A stretch of DNA of 64,000 nt from Halorarum halobium (lineage in GTDB: Archaea > Halobacteriota > Halobacteria > Halobacteriales > Haloferacaceae), in contig NZ_CP134949.1 in assembly GCF_032116555.1 (NCBI RefSeq), positions 248,001 to 312,000 of the forward strand, given 5' to 3'. The stretch's first letter is position 1. Every line of letters starts with the position of its first letter. Below, piece after piece: positions 1 through 9,819 of the stretch. A program made the translations under genes and the position numbers. Under the pieces are notes generated by a model. It saw only the letters and a list, made by a program, of their open reading frames with translations. It searched no databases and was not told the origin of the DNA.

Positions 1-201
1 GGCGACCCGCCCCATGTCCTCTGGGTGCTGGAGGAATCGCTCGGCCAGGTCCGGGTCGAACGTGTAGAGGTCGTCGTACTCGACGTGGAGCGAGCGTTGC
101 TCCTTGGGGTACCGCTGGGCGAGCGCGGCGATCTCGTCGCCGTAGTACGTGCGGTAGAAACTCAGGAACTGGTCGAGTTCCTGGCGCTCCATCTGACTCA
201 T
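1..201 (-). CDS. mcm: MCM replicative helicase, N-terminal part (runs off window)
   Basis: Manual translation MSQMERQELDQFLSFYRTYYGDEIAALAQRYPKEQRSLHVEYDDLYTFDPDLAERF resembles haloarchaeal MCM N-termini; TTCTTA TATA-like box 26-31 nt upstream; not in ORF track. Confidence 0.85.
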   Translation of the reverse strand, partial: MSQMERQELDQFLSFYRTYYGDEIAALAQRYPKEQRSLHVEYDDLYTFDPDLAERFLQHPEDMGRVA

Positions 202-238
202 TGGAACGAGTTACTGCGTCATAGGGTAAGAAGGGTTG

Positions 239-263
239 GCTTCCACTGGAACTGAAGGGGGGT
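239..263. promoter_or_regulatory. ORB-like (origin recognition box) element with G-string
   Basis: GCTTCCACTGGAACTGAAGGGGGGT: TTCCA-C-TGGAA dyad followed by a G6 string; opposite strand reads GTTCCAGTGGAAGC. Confidence 0.6.
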
Positions 264-493
264 TCGCGTTCGGGGTCGTGTCAGTGGGTTTCGGGCGGCC
301 ATCGCCCGTCGAACTCGTCGGCCCAGTTGATCGTCCGCTGTGACTGTTTTGGCTCCGCGACACGAAGCCACATGGCAGTCTCAAACGCATCTTCGGCGAC
401 GAGGTACCTCGACTCAAAACGTACGTGGGGAACCGAAATCGGGATGAAGGGCCGACTTCACTCCGAACTCCCCGTCCTACCACGGGTGTAAAA

Positions 494-566
494 TGGGACC
501 GCCCAGATTTGAACTGGGGTCAATGGCACCCAAGGCCACAAGTATACCAGGCTAACCCACGGTCCC
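494..566 (-). tRNA. tRNA-Pro (anticodon UGG)
   Basis: GGGACCG acceptor stem pairing with CGGTCCC, anticodon loop CTTGGGT, T-loop GTTCAAATC; T-run follows the 3' end. Confidence 0.95.
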
Positions 567-657
567 GTGCTTCGATAGAGAGCCGACTCGCGCCTAAGCG
601 TTTCGTTCTGCCCGACCACCCCATCCGACCGCCCTCCACCCGACAACCGCCACGCCC

Positions 658-2547
658 CTACAACCCCAGCCCGAAGAAGAAGTCCACCCCGATCGGCGTC
701 ACGACGGCGAAGATGGCCTGCAGCGGCCCGCCGACGCGGACGTAGTCCGAGAACCGGTACCCGCCCGGCCCGTAGACGAACAGGTTCGTCTGGTAGCCGA
801 CCGGCGTCATGAACGCCGTGCTGGCCGCGAACGTGACCGCCATGGCGAACGCGAGCGGGTTCGCGCCGAGCGTGCCCGCCGCCTCGATGGCGACCGGGAT
901 CATCAACACGACGCTCGCGTTGTTGGAGATGACGTTCGTCAGCAGCGCCGTGACGACGTAGAAGACGCCCAGCAGCACCAGCGGCGGGAGCACGTCGCCG
1001 GCCGCGACGACCGCGTCCGCGAGCAGACTCGCGGCGCCGGAGGACTCCAGCGCGATGCCGAGCGGGATGACGCCAGCGAGCAGGAAGATGACGTCCCACT
1101 GTACGGCGTCGTACACCTCCGGCGGGCGCAGACAGCCCGTCACGACCATCGCCAGCGCGCCCGCGAGCGCGGAGACGACGATGGGCATGACGCCCAGCGC
1201 GGCCAGCGCGACGACGGCGCCGACGATGCCGACCGCGACCGACGTCCGCGACTCCCGGTAGTCGTGCTGCTCGATCTCCTGGGCGACGATGAAGTTCCGG
1301 TTCGCGTCGAGCCGTTCCAGCGACTCGACCGACGCCTGCACGAGCAGCGTGTCGCCGACCCGCAGGGGCACCTCGTCCATCCGCTGGCGGATGAGTTCGC
1401 GGCCGCGCCGGAGCGCGAGCACCGTCGCGTCGTAGCGCTGGCGGAAGCTCGCGGTGGCGAGCGAGTCGCCGACGAGCGAGGAGCCGGGCGCGATGACCAC
1501 CTCGACGAGGTTCTTCGGTCCCTCGGCGGCCTCGAGTTCGTCCTCGTCGACGGTCGCCTCCGGGACGAGGTCGAGCCCTTCCACGTCGAGTAGTTCGACC
1601 AGCGTGGCGCGGTCGGTCCGGACCGCGAACACGTCGCCGGGCTGGATCTCCTTCTGGCCGAGCGGTTCGAGGAACACGCGCTCGTCCCGGATGAGCTGGA
1701 CGAGGTCGACGTCGAACGGGGTGTCCTCCAGGGCCCCCTCGACGCGCTGGCCGACCAGCGGCGAGTCCGGGCGAACGACGACCTCGGTGAGGTAGTCGGC
1801 CATCTCGAACTCCTCGGTGAGGTCCGCCCGGGGTTCGATCCTGGCAGGGGTGAGCCAGCGGCCGACCGTGAGCAGGTAGACCGAGCCGATGACGAGCAAC
1901 ACCGCGCCCAGCGGGAGGAACTCGAACATCCGGAACTCGCGGGCCACCGCCGCCGGCGCGAGCCGGCTGTACAGGTCCGAGGCGAGGATGTTCGTCGACG
2001 TCCCGATGAGCGTGAGCGTCCCCCCGACCATCGAGGCGTACGACAGCGGCAGGAGGAGCTTTGAGGGGGAGGTTCGCCCGCGTTCGGCCAGATCTGTCAC
2101 CATCGGGAGGAGGACGGCGACCGCCGCGGTGTTGTTGATGATCCCCGAGACGGGCCCGACGAGCCCGATGGTCGCCCCGAGCTGTTTCGTCTCGTCACCC
2201 TGGGTCAGCCGTGAGATGAACCCGCCGAGCCGCTGGATGATGCCCGTCCGGCGGACGCCCTCGCTCAGGACGAACATGGCGAGGACGGTCAGCGTCGCGG
2301 CGTTGGCGAACCCGGAGAGCCCCTGTTCGACGGTGACGAGTTCGACCGGCCCGGCGAGGAGTCCGGCGTTCGCCAGCGCGGTCGAGACTGGACCGGTGAG
2401 GAGGAGCGCGACCAGCAACCCGAGCGCGGTGATGTCCACCGGAACCGGCTCGGTGACGAACAGCACCAGTGCGGCGAGGACGAACGCGAAGACCAGCAGT
2501 ATCTCGGGGGCGACCGGCACGGGCGATGGGTCGCCCGGAGTCGGCAA
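658..2547 (-). CDS. SLC13/CitMHS-type permease with TrkA-C domains
   Basis: 629 aa multi-TM; motifs SGIINNTAAVA, GGTLTLIGTSTN, FMTPVGYQTN; start uncertain. Confidence 0.9.
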   Translation of the reverse strand: MPTPGDPSPVPVAPEILLVFAFVLAALVLFVTEPVPVDITALGLLVALLLTGPVSTALANAGLLAGPVELVTVEQGLSGFANAATLTVLAMFVLSEGVRRTGIIQRLGGFISRLTQGDETKQLGATIGLVGPVSGIINNTAAVAVLLPMVTDLAERGRTSPSKLLLPLSYASMVGGTLTLIGTSTNILASDLYSRLAPAAVAREFRMFEFLPLGAVLLVIGSVYLLTVGRWLTPARIEPRADLTEEFEMADYLTEVVVRPDSPLVGQRVEGALEDTPFDVDLVQLIRDERVFLEPLGQKEIQPGDVFAVRTDRATLVELLDVEGLDLVPEATVDEDELEAAEGPKNLVEVVIAPGSSLVGDSLATASFRQRYDATVLALRRGRELIRQRMDEVPLRVGDTLLVQASVESLERLDANRNFIVAQEIEQHDYRESRTSVAVGIVGAVVALAALGVMPIVVSALAGALAMVVTGCLRPPEVYDAVQWDVIFLLAGVIPLGIALESSGAASLLADAVVAAGDVLPPLVLLGVFYVVTALLTNVISNNASVVLMIPVAIEAAGTLGANPLAFAMAVTFAASTAFMTPVGYQTNLFVYGPGGYRFSDYVRVGGPLQAIFAVVTPIGVDFFFGLGL

Positions 2548-2866
2548 AAGGGTAGGGGATGCGGTTCAGGACGCGTGAGTGACGGTGTCACAGGTCGATC
2601 ATCTCGGCTGTTCGTTTCAGCGCGAAATGGGACGAACAGGAGGTGAGTAGGACTACGTAGCTACCGTGAGTTCTACGTCCAGTTGTCGTCGATACAGGAT
2701 TTTGGGGTCGTGATGGATATAGAAAACGTATGGAGCAGAACTCCCCAATGTCTTGGGCTATCCCTGAAAATCGAACTTGTAGCGCGGTATGAGAACTTTG
2801 AGGCGTCAAACTATCAAATAGTATTCATAGATCGTGTTGATGAATGCTTGGACCGTGGGATGCCGG

Positions 2867-3094
2867 TTAGCCCATCACAATGTAGAAGACAACGAATCCA
2901 GTGACGAAGAATAGGACAATGCCGACGAGCGCATGCAGCGATGGATGCATATCGATATTGGACAGCATCAGGTAGTGTGCCCCAGTCGCCAGAACAATCG
3001 AGAGAAGAACGGCGAGGCTGATCTTTCCCCATTCTTGGTCCTCACCCGTCGTGGATTCTGTGCCTGCTTCTCCGCTGGTGGTGTCAGTTGACAT
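2867..3094 (-). CDS. small two-TM membrane protein
   Basis: MSTDTTSGE..., two hydrophobic helices; starts 2 nt after the SRPBCC stop. Confidence 0.7.
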   Translation of the reverse strand: MSTDTTSGEAGTESTTGEDQEWGKISLAVLLSIVLATGAHYLMLSNIDMHPSLHALVGIVLFFVTGFVVFYIVMG

Positions 3095-3096
3095 GG

Positions 3097-3579
3097 TCAG
3101 TCCTCCACCAGACCCGCGAGTTTCCGGAGGGAGTCTTCCCAAGCCTCCACGACCCCGTATTCCTCGGCGACATCCTTGGGGATCCCTTCTAAGCGGAGGG
3201 TGACCTCGGTCCCGGCAGGGACCGTATCCAAGTTGACCGTTACCGTACTGGAGCCATCACCCTCCTCGGTCCAGACGATCTTCTCGCCGCGTTTGAGTTC
3301 CTGGTAGGTGCCTTCGAACGTGTGGTTGTGTTGTTCCATCTCTTCGGTTTCAGCAATGTTCTCGACTTGGAAGGACCCGCCCTCTTCGGGTTCGACCTCC
3401 TGAACGTCGGCGCTGAAGCCGTCCGGAGGCGACCACACCGCGATGTCGTCAGGATCGAGAAACGCCTCGTAAACCCGGTCGGGCGGCGCTTCGATCACGC
3501 GACTCGCGGTTATCCTTCCCTCCTCGTCCGCCGTGGTCTCTGTCGTTGATGCATCGCCTTCGTTGGCGTTGTCTGTCAT
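3097..3579 (-). CDS. SRPBCC (AHA1/START-like) domain protein
   Basis: RVIEAPPDRVYEAFLDPDDIAVW motif; ATGA overlap with ArsR gene. Confidence 0.9.
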   Translation of the reverse strand: MTDNANEGDASTTETTADEEGRITASRVIEAPPDRVYEAFLDPDDIAVWSPPDGFSADVQEVEPEEGGSFQVENIAETEEMEQHNHTFEGTYQELKRGEKIVWTEEGDGSSTVTVNLDTVPAGTEVTLRLEGIPKDVAEEYGVVEAWEDSLRKLAGLVED

Positions 3580-3914
3580 TGGTCTTCGTTCTCCAGATGG
3601 TCGGCCAGCGCCGCTAACCGGTCCTCCCAGAAGACGCGATACTGGGTCAGCCACCCGAACGCCGCGGAAAGCGGCACGGCATCAAGGTGGCAGCGGCGAA
3701 CGAGACCGTCCTTCTCGACATCGATTAACCCAGCATCCTCCAGCACGCGCAGGTGCTTGGATACGGCTGGCAGGGAAACGTCGTGAGGCTCGGCTAGCTC
3801 GCCCACACTCTCCGGGCCGTCGGTCAACTGTTCGAGGATTGACCGACGTATCGGGTGAGAGAGTGCCTGGAAGACCGCGTCGAGGTCCAAGTCGTCCGGC
3901 TTCTGTTCAACCAT
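3576..3914 (-). CDS. ArsR/SmtB family transcription regulator
   Basis: VFQALSHPIRRSIL...SLPAVSKHLRVLEDAGLI winged HTH. Confidence 0.92.
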   Translation of the reverse strand: MVEQKPDDLDLDAVFQALSHPIRRSILEQLTDGPESVGELAEPHDVSLPAVSKHLRVLEDAGLIDVEKDGLVRRCHLDAVPLSAAFGWLTQYRVFWEDRLAALADHLENEDQ

Positions 3915-3936
3915 CCGGTCGAGTATATGGTGCTCC

Positions 3937-3962
3937 ACTATTTAACTCTCTAGTTAAATAGT
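3937..3962. promoter_or_regulatory. palindromic operator for the ArsR-SRPBCC operon
   Basis: ACTATTTAACT-CTCT-AGTTAAATAGT, perfect 11-bp arms between a TTATAA box and the ArsR start. Confidence 0.75.
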
Positions 3963-4135
3963 TGTGGGGAACAATTATAAGGCGGGTCGAGACCACCTGC
4001 GCCCTCGGCGGATCGCTTGGCGATTGAACTCCCGTCAAGCCCCGCTGCCCTGTCCCAACAGGAGGAATCCGGCTCGCCGCTCTCCCGAGGACCACGGAAT
4101 ATTGATTAGCCAACACAACATCTTCGTGAGTGATT

Positions 4136-4941
4136 ATGAGCGAGCCTGGCCCAATCACGATCCAGCGAATCTCCGAACTCGTGATGGCGAATCGAGCGAT
4201 CAGAGCACCCTACTACAATAAAGACCACGACGAAGGGGTACGTTTCGCGGATCTGGAAAAGGGACTCCAATGGGTGCCGACGCCATTCCAGCCTTGCTGG
4301 GTCTGTTCCGGGTTGAGCAAGACACCCGGGACGACCATCCAAACGGCTGGGTGGGCTTCGCTCGCCACTGGCGAGGGGACACGCTGCGGCTGGACTTCGA
4401 CCTGTTTTCCGGACACGAAGAGCCAGACCCGATATTGGTCGTGACCGCGATAGCAGGCCGAGCGGGGAAGAAAACTATCGTGGACGAAGACTTTGGAGAA
4501 GTCGATCTGTCGGCCCAGGTTCCGACGGCGGAGGAATGGGAAGAACGGCAAAAACGGTACCAGGCGGCGCGGAGGGACGATGACACCGATGGACCGACTG
4601 CGGTCAAGGCGTACATTGCAGCGCTGCCGGGGTGGAAGCGCGAGGTCGCGGCACGGTTCGACGGGATCATCCAGCAGGAACTGCCCGACGTGCGCCGCGC
4701 CGTGAAGTGGCACCAGCCATTCTTTGGCGTCGAGGACCAGGGGTGGTTCGCGTCATTCAGTGCATTCTCAAAACACGTGAAACTGTCATTCGTGTCCGAA
4801 TCGTACCTCGAGCCGGAGCCACCCAGCGGGACGGCTCCGGAGAGACAGGCCCTGGACCTGGAGGAGACGGACGCGCTGGACGAAGAGCAGGTCGCCTCCT
4901 GGATCCGGCAAGCGGCCGACGATCCGGGGATGGACTGGTGA
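4136..4941 (+). pseudogene. DUF1801 (YdhG-like) C-terminal domain protein, frameshifted
   Basis: N-part in ORF 4130..4444 and C-part in ORF 4270..4941; one G missing at about 4272-4274 relative to the intact paralog 60749..61555. Confidence 0.85.
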
Positions 4942-5038
4942 GGAAGCCCGCGTTTGTGATGGCTGTAAAGCAGCGACGAATCCTACCCGCGGGCGTACAT
5001 GATTACTACCAACTCTATACTTACCGGTCGGATCAAAC

Positions 5039-5377
5039 CTACAGCTGCCCCTCGAGTTCCAGCAGCCGCTTCAGGACGAGTCCCTCGATCCGAGCGATGT
5101 GTTCGACGAGCTCGTCGTCGGTGTCGAGCTGATACATCGGACTCCCGCCGACCGTCCGCGTCTCCTCGACGAGCCCGAGCGCTTCGAGTTCGTCCAGGTG
5201 GTCGTACACCGTGCTCCGCGCGACGCCCGCGAGCCGCGCGATATCGCTCGTGTTGAGGTCGTGGTCCGTCTCGCTCACCAGTGCTCCGACGATCTTCGTT
5301 CGCGCCGGCGTCCCGAACAGATACGTCAGCGGGGTGTCCTCCGCGTACGCCTCGTCGCTGGTCTCCGTTTGCACCAT
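5039..5377 (-). CDS. winged helix-turn-helix transcription regulator
   Basis: LNTSDIARLAGVARSTVYDHLDELEALGLV HTH. Confidence 0.85.
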   Translation of the reverse strand: MVQTETSDEAYAEDTPLTYLFGTPARTKIVGALVSETDHDLNTSDIARLAGVARSTVYDHLDELEALGLVEETRTVGGSPMYQLDTDDELVEHIARIEGLVLKRLLELEGQL

Positions 5378-5478
5378 CTCTGCTCGTCTTCTCGACGGAC
5401 TCGTACTTGGCCGTTTTGCTCAATACTACACCACCGTAGCTTATGGAAGACAGAATTTCGCCTCTGCGATCCGATAGA

Positions 5479-7515
5479 TTACAGCTCCTGGTCGGCCAGT
5501 TCCATGTCGGCCACCACGCTGTACGGCGTCTCGCCACGGCGAATCCCGTCCAGAATCCTGAAGGCGTCGTCGGGCGCGAGGAAGTGCCGGGTCACCGCGC
5601 GGCCGAGCGGCGTCGGCGCGAGGCCGTCGATGAACTCCCACTCGAGCAGTTTCCCGATCGCGTGCGTGGTGGGCACGTCGCCGAGCATCCGGTCGTTCAG
5701 CGCCTTCGCGCGCTTGCCGGCGACGACGACGTTCGCCAGCGTCTCCTCGGCGGCGGTCGACTCGTCGTAGACGGTCGTCACGTCCTCCATCTCGCCCTTG
5801 AGGAGTTTGAACGCGACCTCGTCCTCGGTCATCTCCATCGAGTTGTGGTACACCGCATCGGGTTCGACGAGCGTGTAGACGGTGCCCTCGTCGTGATAGT
5901 CCGGCCGCCCCGCCCGGCCGAGCATCTGCTCGAACTCCTGGACGGAGAGCCACTCGATGCCCATCGCCAGCGAGTCGAAGATGACCTGCGAGGCCGGGAA
6001 GTCGACGCCGGCCGCCAGTGCTGCGGTCGTCACGACGGCCGCGAGGTCCTGGTTCCCGAACTGGCGCTCGACGGTCTTGCGGCGCTTGTAGTCGAGCCCG
6101 GCGTGGTAGGGGGCGCTGCTGTACTCCAGCTTCCGGGAGATCTCGTGACACCGGCGGCGGGAGTTGGTGAAGACGATCGTCTGCCCGCGGTACCCCTTCG
6201 AGGACTCGCCGTCGAACGCGCGCTTCACGAGGTCGTTCTCCAGGCGGAGCTTCTCCCGGTCGTCGGCGAAGGTGACGTGGCGCTCGATGGGCACCGGGCG
6301 CTCCTCGAACTCGATGAGCGTCGCGCCGAGGTTCTCCGCGAGCCACTCGGGGTTGCCGACGGTCGCCGAGAGGTAGATCCACTGCGCGCGGGAGTCCCGC
6401 CGCTCGGAGTAGTGTTTCAGCCGGGAGATCATCCCGTCGAGTCGGTGGCCCCGGCCCTCCTCCTTCAGCGTGTGGACCTCGTCGATGACCACCGTCCCGA
6501 TGTCGCCCATGTCCTTGCCCGTCCGGAGCGCGTGGTCGATGCCCTCGTAGGTGCCGACGATGACGTCGGCGTCCGGGTCGAACCGGTTGCCGTCGTCGTT
6601 GATGCGCGAGGCGCCGACGCGGATGGTCACGTCGAGCACGTCGCCGTAGCGGTCCTCGAAGTCCTCGTGCTTCTGGTTGGCGAGCGCGACGAGCGGCACG
6701 AGAAACAGCATCTTCCCGTTCCCGTTGAGCGCGTTGTCGACCCCGGCGAGTTCGCCCACCAGGGTCTTCCCGGTCGCGGTCGCGCTCACGACCAGCTGGT
6801 CGTCGCCGTCGAACAGGCCGTTCCGAACCGAGAGGCTCTGGACCGGGAGCAGCTCCTCGAAGCGGCCCTCGGCCCGATCCTGGAGGCCGGGGTGGAGGTT
6901 CAGCTCGTCGACGCGAACGGGGTCGACATCGTCGACGGTCGCCGAGATGGTGTCGAACCGCGTGAGGTCGGGGTCGAGGTTCCCCTGCAGGAGGTTCGTG
7001 ATGCGGTCGAGGTCGCCGACCTCCAGCAGCAACTCCTCCAGTCGTTCCCGTGCCGCGCCGGTGAACTGGCCCTTGTAGGAGAGTTCGCGCTCGAGTTCGC
7101 GCGTCGCGCAGTCCTGACAGATGTGGTCGCGGTCGGCCTTCACCGCGGTGTCCTCGGTGACCGGCGAGTAGCGCCCGTCGTTCGCGCAGTACCGGCAGGT
7201 GCGCACCTGCACGGCCTCAAGCTGGTAGGCGTCGAGCATCTCCACCAGCCGGTCGCGGGCGCTCCGGTCGGTCTGCTCGGAGATGCGGATGCGTTCGGCG
7301 GCGCGGGCGAGGTCGACGAACTGGTCGGGCTGGCGGGGCTCCTCGTCGCCCCCGCGCTTCACGCGGAAGCGGCGGGGTCGCGGCCCGGCGTCGGCCTCCT
7401 TCAGTTCGAGCATCCCGTGGAGCACGCGCTCGCCGTCCCGCCTCACTGCGACCGCGTACTCGTCGCCACGCTGGTGGAGGAACAGCGTCTCGACCCCCGG
7501 AAGCTGTTCGGACAC
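5479..7515 (-). CDS. ashA: archaea-specific Ski2-like SF2 (DEVH) helicase
   Basis: ATATGKT, DEVH, SAT, QMLGRAGRP motifs; N-terminal CxxC..CxxC zinc site. Confidence 0.85.
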   Translation of the reverse strand: MSEQLPGVETLFLHQRGDEYAVAVRRDGERVLHGMLELKEADAGPRPRRFRVKRGGDEEPRQPDQFVDLARAAERIRISEQTDRSARDRLVEMLDAYQLEAVQVRTCRYCANDGRYSPVTEDTAVKADRDHICQDCATRELERELSYKGQFTGAARERLEELLLEVGDLDRITNLLQGNLDPDLTRFDTISATVDDVDPVRVDELNLHPGLQDRAEGRFEELLPVQSLSVRNGLFDGDDQLVVSATATGKTLVGELAGVDNALNGNGKMLFLVPLVALANQKHEDFEDRYGDVLDVTIRVGASRINDDGNRFDPDADVIVGTYEGIDHALRTGKDMGDIGTVVIDEVHTLKEEGRGHRLDGMISRLKHYSERRDSRAQWIYLSATVGNPEWLAENLGATLIEFEERPVPIERHVTFADDREKLRLENDLVKRAFDGESSKGYRGQTIVFTNSRRRCHEISRKLEYSSAPYHAGLDYKRRKTVERQFGNQDLAAVVTTAALAAGVDFPASQVIFDSLAMGIEWLSVQEFEQMLGRAGRPDYHDEGTVYTLVEPDAVYHNSMEMTEDEVAFKLLKGEMEDVTTVYDESTAAEETLANVVVAGKRAKALNDRMLGDVPTTHAIGKLLEWEFIDGLAPTPLGRAVTRHFLAPDDAFRILDGIRRGETPYSVVADMELADQEL

Positions 7516-7567
7516 GTTGTTGGAGTTTCCTATGTCGATGCGGTATTTCAGCCGTTCGCCTTCCGCT

Positions 7568-7602
7568 CGCCCGTGCTTCCTCGATAACCGCGGGGGCTTC
7601 CG
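7568..7602. repeat. fragment of haloarchaeal REP-like palindromic repeat
   Basis: 26 nt identical to 13762-13787; 23 nt (7580-7602) exact reverse complement of 13678-13700. Confidence 0.85.
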
Positions 7603-7690
7603 CGGTCGTCACCACGGTAGCAGCGGTCGCTCACGACCCAACCCGGCCGACGAAGTACCCGTACCGCAACGAAATCCGAGACGTCCAGAA

Positions 7691-9082
7691 TCAGTCCCCG
7701 AACGGTCCCATCCCGCCCATGCCGCCGCCACCGCCGCCGCCCTGCTGTTGCATCTTCTTCATCATGCGCTGCATGTCGCCGTCGCCCATCCCGGCGAACT
7801 GCTCCATCGTCCGCTTCATCATGCGATGTTGCTCCAGCAGTTCCTCCAGTCGCTCCTCCGGGACGCCGGAGCCGCGGGCGATGCGGCGACGCCGTTCCGC
7901 GCCGATGCGGCCGGGCTTCTCCAGTTCGCCCTCGGTCATCGAGTCCATCAGGATCTCGAAGCCGCGCATCCGGTCCTGGGTGACGTCCATCGCGTCGTCG
8001 GGAAGCTGGTCCATGATCCCGCCGCCCATCCCCGGAATCATGTCCATCACCTGGTCGAGCGGCCCCATCTTGTCCATCGCGCGCATCTGGTTGCGCATGT
8101 CCTTCAGGGTGAACTCGCCCTCCAGCATGTCCTCGGGGTCCCAGTCCTCCTCCTCCTGGGTCTCCTCCATCGCGCGCTCGACGCGCTCGGAGAGCTGTTT
8201 GAGATCGCCCATCCCGAGCAGCCGGGAGATGAACCCGTCCGGCTCGAACCGCTCGATGTCCTGGACCGTCTCGCCGGTGCCGAGGAACGCGATCGAGGAG
8301 TCCGTCTCGTTGACGGCCGTCAGCGCCCCGCCACCCTTCGCCGTCCCGTCGAGCTTCGTGATGACGACGCCGTCGATGCCGATGGAGTCCTCGAACTGCC
8401 CCGCCTGCTCCTTGGCCCCCTGGCCGATGGCGGCGTCGAGCACCAGCAGCGAGCGGTCGGGGTCGACGACCGAGTCGATCTCCTCGATCTCGGCGATGAG
8501 GTCGTCCTCGAGCGCGTGCCGGCCGGCGGTGTCGACGATGTGGACCTCGGCGTCGGCGGTCGCTTCGAGCCCCTCGCGGGCGATCTTCACGGGGTCGTCC
8601 TCGTCCGGGTCGCCGTAGAACTGCACCTCGGCGTCCTCGGTCATCTGCTTGGCCTGGTCGTACGCTCCGGGCCGGAACGTGTCCGTCTGGATGACCGCCG
8701 GGCGGAGCCCCTTCTTCGAGAACCACCAGGCCATCTTCGCGGCGGAGGTCGTCTTCCCCGACCCCTGGAGGCCCGCGAGCAGGATGGTCTGGTTCTCCAG
8801 CGGGAGCTCGGTCGACTCGCCGATGAGGTCGACCATCTCCTCGTAGACGATCTTGAGGACGTGATCGCGCGCGGTCGTCCCGCCCGGCGGCTCCTCCTCC
8901 AGGGCCCGCGTCTCGATGCTGTCCGAGAGGTCCATCACGAGGCCGACGTCGACGTCCGCGGAGAGGAGCGAGCGCTGGATCTCCCGCACGACGTTCTCGA
9001 CGTCTTCCTCGTCGAGCCGGGACTTCCCGCGGAGCGTGTCCATCGTGTCCCGCAGGGAGCTCCCGAGGTCGTCGAGTACCAT
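7691..9082 (-). CDS. srp54: signal recognition particle protein SRP54
   Basis: [26 protein letters not shown], Met/Gly-rich M domain. Confidence 0.98.
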   Translation of the reverse strand: MVLDDLGSSLRDTMDTLRGKSRLDEEDVENVVREIQRSLLSADVDVGLVMDLSDSIETRALEEEPPGGTTARDHVLKIVYEEMVDLIGESTELPLENQTILLAGLQGSGKTTSAAKMAWWFSKKGLRPAVIQTDTFRPGAYDQAKQMTEDAEVQFYGDPDEDDPVKIAREGLEATADAEVHIVDTAGRHALEDDLIAEIEEIDSVVDPDRSLLVLDAAIGQGAKEQAGQFEDSIGIDGVVITKLDGTAKGGGALTAVNETDSSIAFLGTGETVQDIERFEPDGFISRLLGMGDLKQLSERVERAMEETQEEEDWDPEDMLEGEFTLKDMRNQMRAMDKMGPLDQVMDMIPGMGGGIMDQLPDDAMDVTQDRMRGFEILMDSMTEGELEKPGRIGAERRRRIARGSGVPEERLEELLEQHRMMKRTMEQFAGMGDGDMQRMMKKMQQQGGGGGGGMGGMGPFGD

Positions 9083-9255
9083 TTGGCGGAGGTAGACGGG
9101 CCGCGCGGTAAAGCCTTTGTTCGTCGGGCCGACGCGCTTCGCCCGCTACTCGGCACTGGACTCGACGATTCCGACCCGTCCGAGGCCTCACGTTGCCGGG
9201 GACGGGCACGTCCGCCCCCCAAAACCGATACCCCCGCGCTCGCACAGCTCCGTCC

Positions 9256-9525
9256 ATGTCCTCCGCGGTCGAAACCGTCGTCTACCTGCTGCTCACCGTC
9301 GTCCTCATGGTCGTGGTCGGCTTCCTCGTGCTGCTGGGGCCGGTCGGCTGGCTCCTCGCGGCGTTCCTCCTCGGCTCCTGCTACTTCGTCGCCAGGATGA
9401 GCGGCGTCTTCGACGAGGGGGAGCCGAGAGCCCCGACGAAGGTCAACTGTCCCGACTGCGGGGCGCGCAACGAGGCGGACCGGGAGGCGTGTCACCACTG
9501 CGGCGAGCCGCTCGAAGCGGCGTAA
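9256..9525 (+). CDS. small membrane protein with C-terminal zinc ribbon
   Basis: two TM helices then CPDCGARN...CHHCG. Confidence 0.8.
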   Translation: MSSAVETVVYLLLTVVLMVVVGFLVLLGPVGWLLAAFLLGSCYFVARMSGVFDEGEPRAPTKVNCPDCGARNEADREACHHCGEPLEAA

Positions 9526-9526
9526 C

Positions 9527-9725
9527 TGGGACTGAACCACGCGGGTTCCCGACGCTCCGGCCTCCTCGTGTGAGCGTCCCGGAACTCGGGGTTCGGGGTC
9601 GACCGTCCGTCTCGGTGCGGTGGCGCGCGTGACGCTCGCCCCCTCGTGGGGCGAGCACTCGCGCGCGAGGGATGAGACGCGCAGCGAGCCTGCGAGCGAG
9701 CATCGCAATCGGCTGGGGAGGCTGT
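9527..9725. repeat. haloarchaeal REP-like palindromic intergenic element
   Basis: 9625-9715 is a near-identical inverted copy of 26103-26192; GGGACTGAA module shared with about 49683 and 26385. Confidence 0.85.
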
Positions 9726-9819
9726 GGCCCTAATCACCGCCAGCAGCAGTGGTCCGCTCGTCGACACTACCACCCAGGACACGACCTACCGAGACGATTC
9801 ACCGAAACACCCCAACAAC

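Noticed and set aside
211..222. Mini-ORF ATG ACG CAG TAA in frame upstream of mcm (possible uORF or nonsense mutation)
   Set aside because: It lies between the TATA-like box and the expected start of a leaderless transcript, so it is probably not transcribed; the MSQ start already gives a normal-length MCM N-terminus
494..566. tRNA-Pro or tRNA-His as an attachment site of an integrated element
   Set aside because: No duplicated tRNA 3' end and no integrase seen in the window; the mcm fragment resembles the chromosomal type
2588..2904. Short ORFs in the AT-richer stretch
   Set aside because: No recognisable motifs and atypical composition; likely non-coding or decayed
5443..9400. Long antisense or alternate-frame ORFs here and elsewhere (e.g. 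5443..7587, 7283..9400, 42672..45686, 51960..54116)
   Set aside because: Shadow ORFs expected at high GC; Arg/Pro-rich or mirror translations overlapping well-supported genes
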